From positions 11,391,815 to 11,455,814 of the forward strand of contig NC_068984.1 of NCBI RefSeq assembly GCF_001194135.2: 64,000 bases of DNA. The letters are read 5' to 3'. Below are positions 27,314 to 35,731 of this stretch, one piece after another (position 1 is the stretch's first letter; each line of letters opens with the position of its first letter). Both the position numbers and the translations under genes were made by a program. The notes below the pieces were generated by a model. That model was not told where the DNA came from and did not search any database. It saw nothing but the letters and a program-made list of their open reading frames with translations. Source of the stretch: Octopus bimaculoides (Eukaryota).

Positions 27314-28907
27314 TGTTTTAAGGCAGCTAGTTGGCAGAGTCGTTAGCATGCTTGATGAAATGCTTAACGGTATTTCACCTGTCGCTATGTTCTGAGTTCA
27401 AATTCAGTCTAGGTCAGCTTTGCCTTTCATCCTTTAGGGGTTAATCAATTAAGAACCAGTGAAACACTGGGGTCAATGAAATTGATTATCCCACTCCCCC
27501 AAATTTCAGACGTTGTGCCTATATAGTAGAAAGAATTATTATTTGTTTTCAAATTTTCCTTCTAGACTCAACAATATGGTGATACAAATGTTGAAGAAAA
27601 TGTCTGCAGATTGTATGAGATTGGCAAATTAAAAGATGACGACGATGACCAAGTGAGTGGCTTGCACATTTTATATTTTGGGTGGAGCGATTTATTTTAC
27701 AGAAGTTAAAATACGATTTTGGTTGGAGAGCTAGAGATACCTAGTATTGATTTTAACTTGAATTTTAATTACCTTGTCATTTTTAGGGTGATGACGATGA
27801 TGATGATGAAGATGAGGGAATTGACGATGATGATGATGACGATGATGAAGATGACGACATTGTCCATGTATCAGCTTTAGGTGATGGATCAAGTGATATA
27901 GAAGGTACTGTTCATTTCTTTTCTAATTATATGCTTATCTAGTGAATTACTTGGTGACCTCACTAGTGCCAGGGCCACAAAAAAGCACTCAATACACTCT
28001 GTAAAGTGGTCAGCATTAGATAGGATATCCAGTCGTAGAAACCATGCTAAAGTAGACATTGGAGTTCAATGCTTGACAGGATCCAACTTGTCAGATCCTG
28101 TCAAACCATTCAACACAGAATATGGACATCACATGATGTTTTCTGTGAGAGTTTCTTATAAGGGTTGAGGGGATTGTCAAACAGGCAGGCAAACAGCCTT
28201 GTTTAGTAAATTAAAATGGTTTATCAACTTACTGAACACCACGGGGAAGATGCCCTCCCTGTCACCAACCCTCACCTTCAAGCAAGATAATATTTCTCCA
28301 TGGAAGACTGAAAATGTACATCATTTGTATGATGGTGATGTCAAGACAAGGGTTCTCTCTCTCTCTCACATGCATACAATGAGCTTCTTTCAGTTTCCAT
28401 ATACCAAATCCACTCACAAGACTATATTATAGAGTTTTCTGCTATACCAAAGAGTATAGAAGACACTTGCCCAAGGTGCTGTGCAATGGGACTGAACTCA
28501 AAATGACAAGGCGACACTGGCAACAACCACGCTTGAGTAGTGTTTTTTATGTGCCACAGGCACAGGAGCCAGTCAGGCGGCACTGGCAACAGTCACGCTT
28601 GAATGGTGCTTTTAACATACCGCTGGCACGGGTGCCAATCGGGCAATACTGTCATCAGCAATATGTAGAAAATCTGAATTTTTTTATTTGTCAAAGTCAG
28701 ATTATTTGCAGATTTGATGTTGAATTCTATCATGTTTGGTATGTGACTCATTCATTTTTTTCAGATGATGATGACGACGATGACGATGATGATGACGACG
28801 ATGATCTTGTTGATAATTTGCTTGGTTCTGGCGATGAAAGTGATATGAACGAAAATGACAACGATTTTGACGACAATGTCTTATTTGAACTCTCTTCTGA
28901 CTTGTGA
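89..28907 (+). CDS. DCAF1: DDB1- and CUL4-associated factor 1 (VprBP), 5'-partial, 28 coding exons in window
   Basis: 28 GT-AG-bounded exons join in one frame (3123 nt). Translation matches recalled human DCAF1 throughout: [21 protein letters not shown], Lis[48 protein letters not shown], acidic tail, TGA stop at 28905-28907. Confidence 0.97.
759..897 (+). CDS. DCAF1: DCAF1 exon 2w: [17 protein letters not shown]...DGLRRLINV
   Basis: tttcag|T...GTG|gtaagc; 139 nt, frame-consistent. Confidence 0.95.
1160..1960 (+). mobile_element. Degenerate non-LTR retrotransposon RT fragment (CR1/L2/Jockey-like)
   Basis: INSGLSHG...*INNL...FFVDDS (1162-1266) resembles the SGVPQGS...YINDL...FADD motifs; [17 protein letters not shown] at 1535. 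Confidence 0.6.
2330..2539 (+). CDS. DCAF1: DCAF1 exon 3w: VSTLPIL...KYMEAHL...PANK
   Basis: aaag|GTG...AAG|gtaagt; 210 nt; overlaps ORF 2330..2569. Confidence 0.92.
2697..3010. mobile_element. Two RTE-LINE 3' ends joined tail-to-tail (inverted pair)
   Basis: ...gacgttaagtgatgatgatgat|catcatcatttaacatccg...; arms about 95 bp. Confidence 0.8.
3307..3476 (+). CDS. DCAF1: DCAF1 exon 4w: ALKLTFE...[13 protein letters not shown]...QNWNNYPS
   Basis: ttcag|GCA...AA|gtaagt; 170 nt. Confidence 0.93.
4090..4129. other. Assembly gap
   Basis: N run. Confidence 1.
4188..4307 (+). CDS. DCAF1: DCAF1 exon 5w: [18 protein letters not shown]...
   Basis: tttgtag|G...AA|gttagt; 120 nt. Confidence 0.92.
4997..5099 (+). 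CDS. DCAF1: DCAF1 exon 6w: IMIGLAEG...[17 protein letters not shown]
   Basis: tttaag|C...AGG|gtaagt; 103 nt. Confidence 0.95.
5998..6117 (+). CDS. DCAF1: DCAF1 exon 7w: LGGGVGRF...[15 protein letters not shown]
   Basis: tttacag|CTT...ATG|gtgagt; 120 nt. Confidence 0.93.
6207..6471 (-). mobile_element. RTE-LINE 3' UTR fragment with (GAT)n tail
   Basis: Matches the 3' UTR of the 60459-61065 copy; sister copies at about 8455-8712, 18918-19170, 30093-30410, 31072-31160, 38132-38325 and 61674-61952 (all minus). Confidence 0.8.
7344..7415 (+). CDS. DCAF1: DCAF1 exon 8w: [24 protein letters not shown]
   Basis: ttctag|GTT...AAA|gtaagg; 72 nt. Confidence 0.95.
7606..7982 (-). mobile_element. tRNA-headed SINE, family A (full length)
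   Basis: Head TGGCTGTGTGGTAAG...GGTTCAGTC (A/B-box-like), central microsatellite, tail ...GACTGAAACAA; over 15 related copies in window (e.g. 6730-7055, 22450-22790, 37735-38090, 49070-49436, 51829-51985, 52800-53090, 54797-55000, 63455-63700). Confidence 0.85.
8967..9187 (+). mobile_element. tRNA-headed SINE, family B, (ATT)n tail
   Basis: TGGCAGAATCGTTAGC...GAGTTCAAATTCC...GCCTTTCATC...AAGTACCAG; many related copies in window. Confidence 0.8.
9329..9410 (+). CDS. DCAF1: DCAF1 exon 9w: [21 protein letters not shown]
   Basis: tttcttag|GCT...C|gtgagt; 82 nt. Confidence 0.95.
9898..10037 (+). CDS. DCAF1: DCAF1 exon 10w: [20 protein letters not shown]...IRK
   Basis: atacag|AG...AAG|gtaatt; 140 nt. 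Confidence 0.96.
11066..11147 (+). CDS. DCAF1: DCAF1 exon 11w: [25 protein letters not shown] (LisH start)
   Basis: ttttcaag|GCT...G|gttagt; 82 nt. Confidence 0.94.
11207..12232 (+). mobile_element. Helentron/HINE-like non-autonomous element with inserted CR1 fragment
   Basis: 12-bp subterminal inverted repeat ACCTCTGCCAAG (11214-11225) / CTTGGCAGAGGT (12194-12205), GTCT microsatellite, 3' stem-loop. Confidence 0.6.
11555..11700 (+). mobile_element. CR1-type LINE ORF2 C-terminal fragment
   Basis: [23 protein letters not shown] resembles the CR1 motif LxYWxRLKxLxLxSLxRRR. Confidence 0.65.
12316..12434 (+). CDS. DCAF1: DCAF1 exon 12w: [15 protein letters not shown]...TTPKA
   Basis: tttcag|GT...GCT|gtaaga; 119 nt. 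Confidence 0.9.
13089..13265 (+). CDS. DCAF1: DCAF1 exon 13w: S/T/P-rich linker SRQLSPLP...TPTIK
   Basis: tttgcag|TCA...AAA|gtaagg; 177 nt, phase 0/0; poorly conserved region, so support is mainly splice sites and an open frame. Confidence 0.8.
14114..14310 (+). CDS. DCAF1: DCAF1 exon 14w: ...[31 protein letters not shown]
   Basis: catttag|GCC...AC|gtaagt; 197 nt. Confidence 0.95.
15292..15367 (+). CDS. DCAF1: DCAF1 exon 15w: [25 protein letters not shown]
   Basis: ttttcag|T...ATG|gtacgt; 76 nt. Confidence 0.92.
15969..16030 (+). CDS. DCAF1: DCAF1 exon 16w: [20 protein letters not shown]
   Basis: tatag|ATC...AG|gtttgt; 62 nt. Confidence 0.92.
16400..16700 (-). mobile_element. Degenerate LINE RT C-terminal fragment
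   Basis: Minus frame IGSSLDD...[11 protein letters not shown] resembles the YLGS...EVxxRI motif. Confidence 0.4.
17029..17092 (+). CDS. DCAF1: DCAF1 exon 17w: [21 protein letters not shown] (WD40 start)
   Basis: ttttcag|A...ATT|gtaagt; 64 nt. Confidence 0.94.
17296..18120 (-). mobile_element. RTE/RTEX-like LINE 3' fragment with (AAC)n tail
   Basis: [23 protein letters not shown]...[29 protein letters not shown] (ORFs 17836..18210, 17690..17986). Confidence 0.8.
18132..18493 (+). mobile_element. Helentron/HINE-like element (second subfamily)
   Basis: TTACCTCCACC...CCTTGGCAGAGGT plus 3' hairpin AGCACTCTCTGAGTACT; homologous reverse copy at 42298-42640. Confidence 0.6.
18520..18591 (+). CDS. 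DCAF1: DCAF1 exon 18w: [24 protein letters not shown]
   Basis: ttccag|TCT...GAG|gtaagt; 72 nt. Confidence 0.92.
19445..19501 (+). CDS. DCAF1: DCAF1 exon 19w: [19 protein letters not shown]
   Basis: tttacag|GAG...AAG|gtaaat; 57 nt. Confidence 0.93.
19593..19757. repeat. Perfect 59-bp inverted repeat, 47-nt spacer (foldback/MITE-like)
   Basis: 19593-19651 is the exact reverse complement of 19699-19757. Confidence 0.9.
20082..20164 (+). CDS. DCAF1: DCAF1 exon 20w: [20 protein letters not shown]
   Basis: taacag|GAT...CA|gtaagt; 83 nt. Confidence 0.94.
20282..20921 (+). repeat. Diverged tandem duplication of a unit of about 300 bp
   Basis: 20282-20594 vs 20631-20921; both start AGTTTATTTGCCAACAGAATGTGGCAGTCCTATACAAGG and end AGTTTTAAATCTCT. 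Confidence 0.85.
21003..21380 (+). mobile_element. SINE family A' (family A head plus RTE-like 3' tail)
   Basis: Head and centre like family A; tail GAGCATCCAGCC...CCATGCAAGCATGGAAAA resembles the RTE 3' end; others at about 24100-24490 (+) and 14440-14790 (-). Confidence 0.65.
21514..21598 (+). CDS. DCAF1: DCAF1 exon 21w: [28 protein letters not shown]
   Basis: ttttcag|G...TAT|gtaagt; 85 nt. Confidence 0.94.
22159..22392 (+). CDS. DCAF1: DCAF1 exon 22w: IYDINTG...[14 protein letters not shown]...[10 protein letters not shown]
   Basis: ccttag|ATC...GTC|gtatcctt (U12-type donor); 234 nt. Confidence 0.95.
22987..23215 (+). mobile_element. hAT-type MITE
   Basis: TIRs CAGTGGTTCTCAAC / GATTAAGAACCAATG; 8-bp TSD TGCTGTAG / TGCTCTAG; related truncated copy at 50823-51065. 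Confidence 0.75.
23565..23867 (+). repeat. Copy 1 of a 300-bp local duplication
   Basis: Shares both internal junctions with 24882-25182. Confidence 0.85.
23939..24032 (+). CDS. DCAF1: DCAF1 exon 23w: [18 protein letters not shown]...IIYG
   Basis: gttcag|TGG...A|gtaagt; 94 nt. Confidence 0.96.
24882..25182 (+). repeat. Copy 2 of a 300-bp local duplication
   Basis: ATTGTCTAG...TTGATTAGCTA(C/T)AGGAAAG shared with 23565-23867. Confidence 0.85.
25341..25439 (+). CDS. DCAF1: DCAF1 exon 24w: ...[18 protein letters not shown]
   Basis: ccttcag|CA...T|gtaagt; 99 nt. Confidence 0.93.
25737..25813 (+). CDS. DCAF1: DCAF1 exon 25w: [25 protein letters not shown]
   Basis: ttcccag|CA...GAG|gtaatc; 77 nt. 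Confidence 0.93.
26715..27543 (+). mobile_element. Cluster of three family B SINEs
   Basis: Copies at about 26715-26890, 26895-27125 and 27320-27543. Confidence 0.7.
27566..27652 (+). CDS. DCAF1: DCAF1 exon 26w: ...[19 protein letters not shown]
   Basis: ttctag|ACT...CAA|gtgagt; 87 nt. Confidence 0.94.
27787..27904 (+). CDS. DCAF1: DCAF1 exon 27w: acidic tail
   Basis: ttttag|GGT...G|gtactg; 118 nt, D/E-rich. Confidence 0.88.
28765..28907 (+). CDS. DCAF1: DCAF1 last exon: D-rich ...[16 protein letters not shown]
   Basis: tttttcag|AT...TGA; 143 nt; phase matches the preceding exon. Confidence 0.9.
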
Positions 28908-29151
28908 TAAATTTCAAAATGGAATATTCATCAAGACCAAATTGAATTTGGTTTTTAATCTAAATATATCTCCAAAGTTGTTGTCAACTCAAATATTTTT
29001 ACAACATGGATCACTCATTGATCCGTCAGTTTGACAACAATTGGGAAAATTAAAATTTTTTTAATATCTTCAATAAAATATATTAAAAATATAAAAGACA
29101 GCATATTTTTGGAAATGTAAACATTGGATGTCACCATTTTAACATTCTAAA

Positions 29152-29161
29152 AATAAATAAA
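29152..29161 (+). terminator. Candidate DCAF1 polyadenylation signal (overlapping AATAAA hexamers)
   Basis: AATAAATAAA about 245 nt after the stop, followed by a T-run at about 29198-29232; an alternative AATAAA is at 29072-29077. Confidence 0.4.
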
Positions 29162-29200
29162 TAACTATTCATTAAATCCGTCTGAGTCTTGTAATCCTTT

Positions 29201-29238
<38 letters not shown>

Positions 29239-31169
29239 CCATTATATGTTGCAAATGCAAACTTACTAGGTAAGAAATAATGGAAATTATTTGAAATCTC
29301 TTGTCTCAAAATATTTTCTCTCTTCATCCAAAAACCAGACTTTGACACATACGTAAGTGTGATGTTACATAACCTTGAATATGAAAGATGTGTGGAGACA
29401 AGCATGATCTGAAGTTATGTAATGTCATTTTCAAAGGCAAGTACGGATTCTAAGAGATTAGTTGAGGTGTTAATGGCGTCGACTGAAATGAACAGGGGAG
29501 ACAACTGTGCTGGTACAGATATAATGTAAATGGCGGATGTTCTTGGTTGAGGTTAAACAGGCCATTTAGCCTCTCAGACGAGACAGGTGTTGTATAAAAT
29601 AACTAAAAGTGGGTCAGGGAACAATAAAATATCGATCAGGCTCCCTTCGTCGCAAACTTGCATATGGGTCTTTTTTTTTTAGTTTTTTTCAGGTTTCATA
29701 TTTTGCAGTTTGGTGTTATTCATGGCTACCTGAAATCTTTATATTCTCTCTGTTTCAACAGCCGAGTCTGTCTAGATGTAAATATGTACCACGTTCAGAT
29801 ACAGCTCCTAGCTTTATGCACAGGGTGTGAAGTATTCTGTTATCTTGCTATGTTGAAGCTAAAACCTAAGAATTGCTGAAGAGGAGACGAATTACCACTT
29901 TCCAAAGTGATGTCAATAGGGCAAAACAGCCAAACAATTGGTTTCGTTTACATTATCACTTGTGTATGGTAAATGAATAACTGATAATATTGCCTAACAT
30001 TGTGAGAGATATTTTAATGTGTGGATAAGCCTACAGTACCTAATGCTCAAAGATTTAAATGACCAAGTGAAGGCCATGCATTAGTTCTCATTCATCATTA
30101 TCATCATTTAACGTCCGCTTTCCATGCTAGCATGGGTTGGACGATTTGACTGGGGACTGGCAAACCAGATGGCTGCACCAGGCTCCAATCTGATCTGGCA
30201 GAGTTTCTACAGCTGGATGCCCTTTCTAATGCCAACCACTCTGAGAGTGTAGTGGGTGCTTTTACGTGCCACCGGCATGAGGGCCAGTCAGGCAGTACTG
30301 GCAACGGCCACGCTCAAAATGGTGTTTTTTACGTGCCACCTGTCTAGTAGCACTGGCAACGACCTCACTCGAATGATTTTCTAAATGTGCCACCGGTACA
30401 AGTGCCAGTATCAAAATTACTGAGATACAGGATGTATTGTTTTATAGATTACGTGAACATAACATCACTGTTGCCCACAGTGTCAACACCAAATCATCAC
30501 AGTTGTACAATTATATTACAATTAAATAATGGGGAAAAAATCATTAAAGTAATTAAGATAAAATTATCAAGAGGAAAAACCCATAACTACCAAAGAGAGA
30601 ACTAAAGAGGAGCGGGGCAAGTAATAGGTTGTAACACCCCAGAACAAATGTCCTGTTTAGCCACGCCTTGCAGACTATGATTACAAAGGCATTTCCACAA
30701 AGAATGGCCAGCGACACTCATTACAGCAACCACACCACCTTGCAAGGTTCAAGTCTCAGATGAGCCACAGTTATCCTGATTTTGCAGAGGAAATTGGCAA
30801 TGTGAGATCTGAGAACAACTGATGTCTTGACAGTGACCAGCACAAACTGATAGCGGCCAGTCAGGCTCCTGTAGCCCTATCTTTTGTTAATTTATTTCAA
30901 TACATCCAAAAATTATCCACTTATTACATTTCAATAGTGTTATTTCAGTTAATGATATCTTCAATCTAAGCACAAGATCAGAGTAAGTACTGAACTAACA
31001 GGTTCCAACTTTTCCAAAAGAATATAACAATGCAAATAGTGAAAGCAAGGTAAAGTTGTCGAATCTGTACATCATCATCGTTTAACGTCTACTTTCCATG
31101 CTGGCATGGGTTGGACGATTTGACTGAGGACTGGCAAACCAGATGGCTGCACCAGACTCCATAAACAAT

Positions 31170-32315
31170 AATCTTCTATACAAAACAGAACGTACCTACA
31201 CAAGTGTGCTCCCATCACAAAATTAGTTTCCTCATAACTTTCAGAAAAATGGATATTTTTTATATGAAATTTTCAACAAATATATTCCAGATGATGTAGA
31301 TAACGGTTATATTAGAATTTGTTGCAAAAGAATTTTTCTGAAGGTGAGAAGGAGTTTTGGAAAATTCACTCAAGTCAGCTTTGTTGCTGATGACTTTTAG
31401 AAAAATAGGTATTTTTAATGAACTTTTCTACAAATGCATAGGAGTGGCTATGTGATAAGTAGCTTGCTTAACAACCACATGGTTCCGGGTTCAGTCCCAC
31501 TGCGTGGCACCTTGGGCAAGTGTCTTCTACTATAGCCTCGAGTCGACCAAAGCCTTGTGAGTGGATTTGGTAGACGGAAACTGAAAGAAGCCCGTCGTAT
31601 ATATGTATGTATGTGTGTATATGTTTGTGTGTCTGTGTTTGTCCCCCTAACATCGCTTGAGAACCGATGCTGGTGTGTTTACGCCTCCGTAACTTAGTGG
31701 TTTGGCAAAAGAGACCGATAGAATAAGTACTAGGCTTACAAAGAATAAGTCCTAGAGTCAATTTGCTCAACTAAAGGCGGTGCTCCAGCATGGCCACAGT
31801 CAAATTACTGAAACAAGTAAAGGAGTAAATACGTCTCAGATGCTGTAGATTACAATTATATCAGAATTTAATATGATAAAAATTGGTGGGCTTGCATACA
31901 TTCATACTGATACATTACACATCAACAAAATGAAACTTGAAATTATGAAAAAAAGATGTAATGCACATCAGTATGTAGGTATACATCCCACCATTTTTAT
32001 TTACTTAACATTAGATTCCAATATAATCGTAATATACACCATCTGAAAGGTATTCGTAAAAAATTTCATTAAAAAATACCTATTTTTCTGAAAGTTATGA
32101 GGAAACAAAGCCAACTCCAGTGAATTTTCAGAAACTTCTTTTCCCACCCTTGGAAAAAATGTTTTCCCAACAAATTCCGATGTAATTGAAATCTTCACCA
32201 TACGAAAAGTATTTGTAGAAGGTTTCTTTGAAAAATATCCATTTTTCTGAAAGTTATGAGGAAACAAATTCAAGGGGCAGAATTGTGTATGTCCAGAACA
32301 GGTGGGGTTACATAG
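31170..32315. mobile_element. Foldback element with long bipartite inverted arms, SINE inserted inside
   Basis: 31226-31260 is the exact reverse complement of 32231-32265; second subunit about 31385-31440 mirrors 32050-32106. Confidence 0.6.
31436..31829 (+). mobile_element. SINE family A (full length)
   Basis: GGAGTGGCT...GGTTCAGTCCCACTGCGTGGCACCTTGGGCAAG...GAAACAAGTAAAGGAG. Confidence 0.85.
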
Positions 32316-32325
32316 AAACGACATG

Positions 32326-32557
32326 CTACTCTACTCTCTTTTTTTTACTCTTTTACTCTCTTTTACTTGTTTCAGTCATTTGACTGCGGCCATGGTGGAG
32401 CACCGCCTTTAGTCGAGCAAATCGACCCCAGGACTTATTCTTTGTAAGCCTAGTACTTATTCTATTGGGCTCTTTTTGCCGAACCGCTAAGTTACTGGGG
32501 CATAAACACACCAGCATCGGTTGTCAAGCGATGTTGGGGGAGGGGGGACAAACACAG

Positions 32558-32607
<50 letters not shown>

Positions 32608-32721
32608 GACGGGCTTCTTTCAGTTTCCATCTACCAAATCCACTCACAAGGCTTTGGTCGGCCCGAGGCTATAGTAGAAGACACTTGCCCAAGGTGCCAC
32701 GCAGTGGGACTGAACCCGGAC
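32326..32721 (-). mobile_element. SINE family A, with expanded internal (TA)n
   Basis: Reverse copy; (TA)n at about 32563-32606. Confidence 0.85.
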
Positions 32722-33088
32722 CCAATTTTCAAATAAGCCATCATTTTTACATTAAGTGAAAAATGATAATAGAACTGAGTTAATTACAGTTTTATGGCAT
32801 ATTTTATAGACATAAAACAGCACACTGGAGTTTTAGTAGACAAGCGAGGATTTCGCATGTGCAGTGTAAATAATATTTTATGAAGTTGAAATTGCTAAAA
32901 CTAATTAAACTGATTTAATTACTGTTTAATAGTATATTTTATAAACAAATAAAACAACATAGTTCAGGATTTTTGAAGGCATTCAGTGAGTCCAGCATTT
33001 AGTCTGTGTGTGGTTCCATCCGTTTTGTATGGAGGTCATTCTTTGCAGGGCTGATGCATAACATAATCAGTTGTGAACAAGAGGAAAT

Positions 33089-33980
33089 GTTTGCCGGTTG
33101 TTCCAACTCTTTATTTTTTTGTGTTCAAAACCCACGCAGGTCAAATTTACCTGTGTTCCCTCTAGGGTTGATAAAATAAAGTACCAGTCAAGTACTTTGA
33201 GGTTATTGGAATTGACCAACCACCTCCCCTCAAAATTGCTGGCCTTGTGCTTAAACCAGAAACCATCATCATCATCATTATTATTATTATTATTATTATT
33301 ATCATTATTCCACCAAGGTCCACATTGCCTTTCATCCTTTTGGGGTTAATAAATTAAGTACCAGTGAAACACTGGGTCGATATAATTGACTAATCCCCTT
33401 TCCCCAAATTTCAGGTCTTGCGCCTTTAGTAAAAAAGATTATTATTATTATTATTATTATTTATTTTTATTGTTGTTGTCGTGTAAAGCAGCAAGCTAGC
33501 AAAATCGCTAGATCATTGGATAAAATGCTTAGTGCTAGTTCCTATGACTCATTATGTTCCAAGTTCAAATTCCACTCCGAGATTGACTTTGCTTTTCATC
33601 CCTTTGGGGGTCAATGAAATAAGTACCAGTTACACACAGGGGTCAATGTTGTTGACTAGACCCCCTCCCTCAAAATTTCAGGCCTTGTGCCTTTAGCAGA
33701 AAGGATGATTATTATTACCATTATTATTATGTAAGGCAGCAAACTGGTAGAATCGTTAGCACGCTGGGCAAAATGCTTAGCAGCATTTCTTCCGTCTTTA
33801 TGTTCTGAGTTCAAATTCTGCAGAGGTCAACTTTGCTTTTCATCCTTTCAGGAGTTGATAAAATAAGTACCAGTTAAACACTGGAGTCAATGTAATCGAC
33901 TCATCCCCTCCCTCAAAATTGCTGCCCTTGTGGCAAAATTTGAAACTATTATTATCATTATTATTATTGTTGTTGTTGTT
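33089..33980 (+). mobile_element. Head-to-tail array of four family B SINEs
   Basis: Copies at about 33089-33310, 33311-33461, 33483-33730 and 33731-33980, each ending in (ATT)n. Confidence 0.75.
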
Positions 33981-34493
33981 GAGAAAGTGGAAATGGGTGA
34001 TGGAATTGAGAGAAAATGAAATTCTTTGCAGTATTTAGTTTAGTGAATTCAAATATTGCCTTTTCGTCCACCCAATGTTGATGAAATAAATAGCAGACGT
34101 ATATTAGAGGCCAATTTAATCAAGTAACATCCTCTTCCACCCTCTTCCACCACCCCGAAAAACAGTGAAAAATTGCTGCTTGATAGAAATTTCTATCATA
34201 AAAACAGGAAATTAACAGAAACAGTTGTTTGCCAAAATCAAATGTTTTATAGTTTTGAAAGAGCAATATGGATTGGAAATCGGTTAGAATTGGTAGAGCA
34301 TCAGACAAAAAGCTTTGAAATATCCTTGTTGGTAACCTTATGTTTTTCACCCTTGCATGGTCAAAAGAATCCTTAATAGTCAAGAACAGAAGATGACTTA
34401 GTGAACTGTCAACATGCCTATCACAAATCTACTCCGCCTCATTTTTGTTCCTCCATAACTTGCAGAAAAAATATTTTCTTCATGAAATTTTCT

Positions 34494-34850
34494 GTGGCTG
34501 TGTGGTAAGAAGCTTGCTTCCCAACCACATGATTCCAAGTTCAGTCCCACTGTATGGCACTTTGGACAAGTGTCTTCACTTACTATAGCCTCGGGCTGAC
34601 CAAAGCCTTATAAGTAGCTTTGGTAGACGGAAACTGAAAGAAGCCTATTGTGTGTGTGTTTGTGACCATCACTTGACAACCGATGCTGGTGTGTTTACAT
34701 CCTCGTAACGTAGTGGTTCAGCAAAAGAGACCAATAGCATAAGTACTAAGCTTTCAGAGAATAAGTCTTGCAGTCAATATGTCCCACTAAGGCAGTGCTC
34801 CAGCACGGCCACAATCAAATGACTGAAACAAGTAAAAGAATAAAATAAAA
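34494..34850 (+). mobile_element. SINE family A
   Basis: Full head-to-tail match to 31436-31829. Confidence 0.8.
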
Positions 34851-34969
34851 TAACCTGAAAACAATTATACCAAAGAGTTAAAACCAAGCTGCAAATTGTG
34901 TTCACCAAGAATTCGTTACTGCAGCGACAAAGAATCAGTTCAACGAATGGGTTACAGTACGAAGATTCT

Positions 34970-35175
34970 GAAGGGGTCGAGGGAGGGGCTGGGGGTAAGA
35001 GGAAAGGGATGGAGGGAAGAGAGAAATGATGTAATAGAGGGGGGGAGATAAAGTGTTGTAATAGATGGCGGGGTAAGGGGGAGAGAGAGAAGTGTTGCAT
35101 GGGTAAAAGAGAGGTGATGTAAGAGAGAGAGAGAGAGTTGAGGAGAAGAGGGAGAGAAACGTGTTGTAAGTAAGG
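34970..35175 (+). promoter_or_regulatory. Purine-rich tract with G-quadruplex motif upstream of SUMF1
   Basis: GGGG-tcga-GGG-a-GGGG-ct-GGGGG at 34973-34995, then a degenerate G/A-rich minisatellite; regulatory role not shown. Confidence 0.35.
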
Positions 35176-35347
35176 GAGATAACTGTTTGTTTATCTTGTC
35201 CAATTATTCCAAGACGTTAGGGTTTTATTCCCTTAAAGTGGACAACACGCCGTGACCACAGACAGATACCTCTATGGACCCACTTTTGCCAACTCGGACC
35301 AATTCTAACCACTTCAAATTCTTCTAATTAATTTATATTTCACTAAG

Positions 35348-35731
35348 ATGCCTAACTATTCCATTCCTAGGCTTGTGAGTTTGTTTATACTCGCCTGTCT
35401 GGTAATTAATATTACAAAAGGAGATGTTCCTGAAAAGCCCAGTTGCGGCTGTTCTACGAGTCGTGGTCAATGTGGACAAGAAACAAATTCAGAAGAAAAC
35501 AGTAAATATTCCTCAGAAGCAAATACTCCCAGTTCTTCCATCCCACACACGAACGAAATGTCATTTATTCCAGCGGGAAAGTTTCTAATGGGTACAAACA
35601 GACCGGTATTTGTCGCTGATGGAGAGGGTCCAGAGAGAGAAATAGAGATAAAATCATTCTATATGGATATTCATGAAGTTAGTAATGCAGAATTCGAAAA
35701 GTTTGTGATCGCAACTGGTTACGTTACTGAG
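35348..35731 (+). CDS. SUMF1: SUMF1 exon 1 (128 codons)
   Basis: ATG at 35348 ... GAG|gtaaaa. Confidence 0.95.

Noticed and set aside
28467-28764. 5' part of the 146-aa ORF 28467..28907 as coding
   Set aside because: It is SINE/RTE-derived intron sequence; only 28765-28907 is the DCAF1 exon
29198-30060. Processed pseudogene on the minus strand ending in the T35 run
   Set aside because: No recognisable protein in the frames I read, no AATAAA upstream on minus, and no TSD found
30560-30880. Possible minus-strand exon (EPDWPLSVC...QFPLQNQDNCG)
   Set aside because: Short, stop-terminated, with no convincing homology or partner exons; a BLASTx search would be needed
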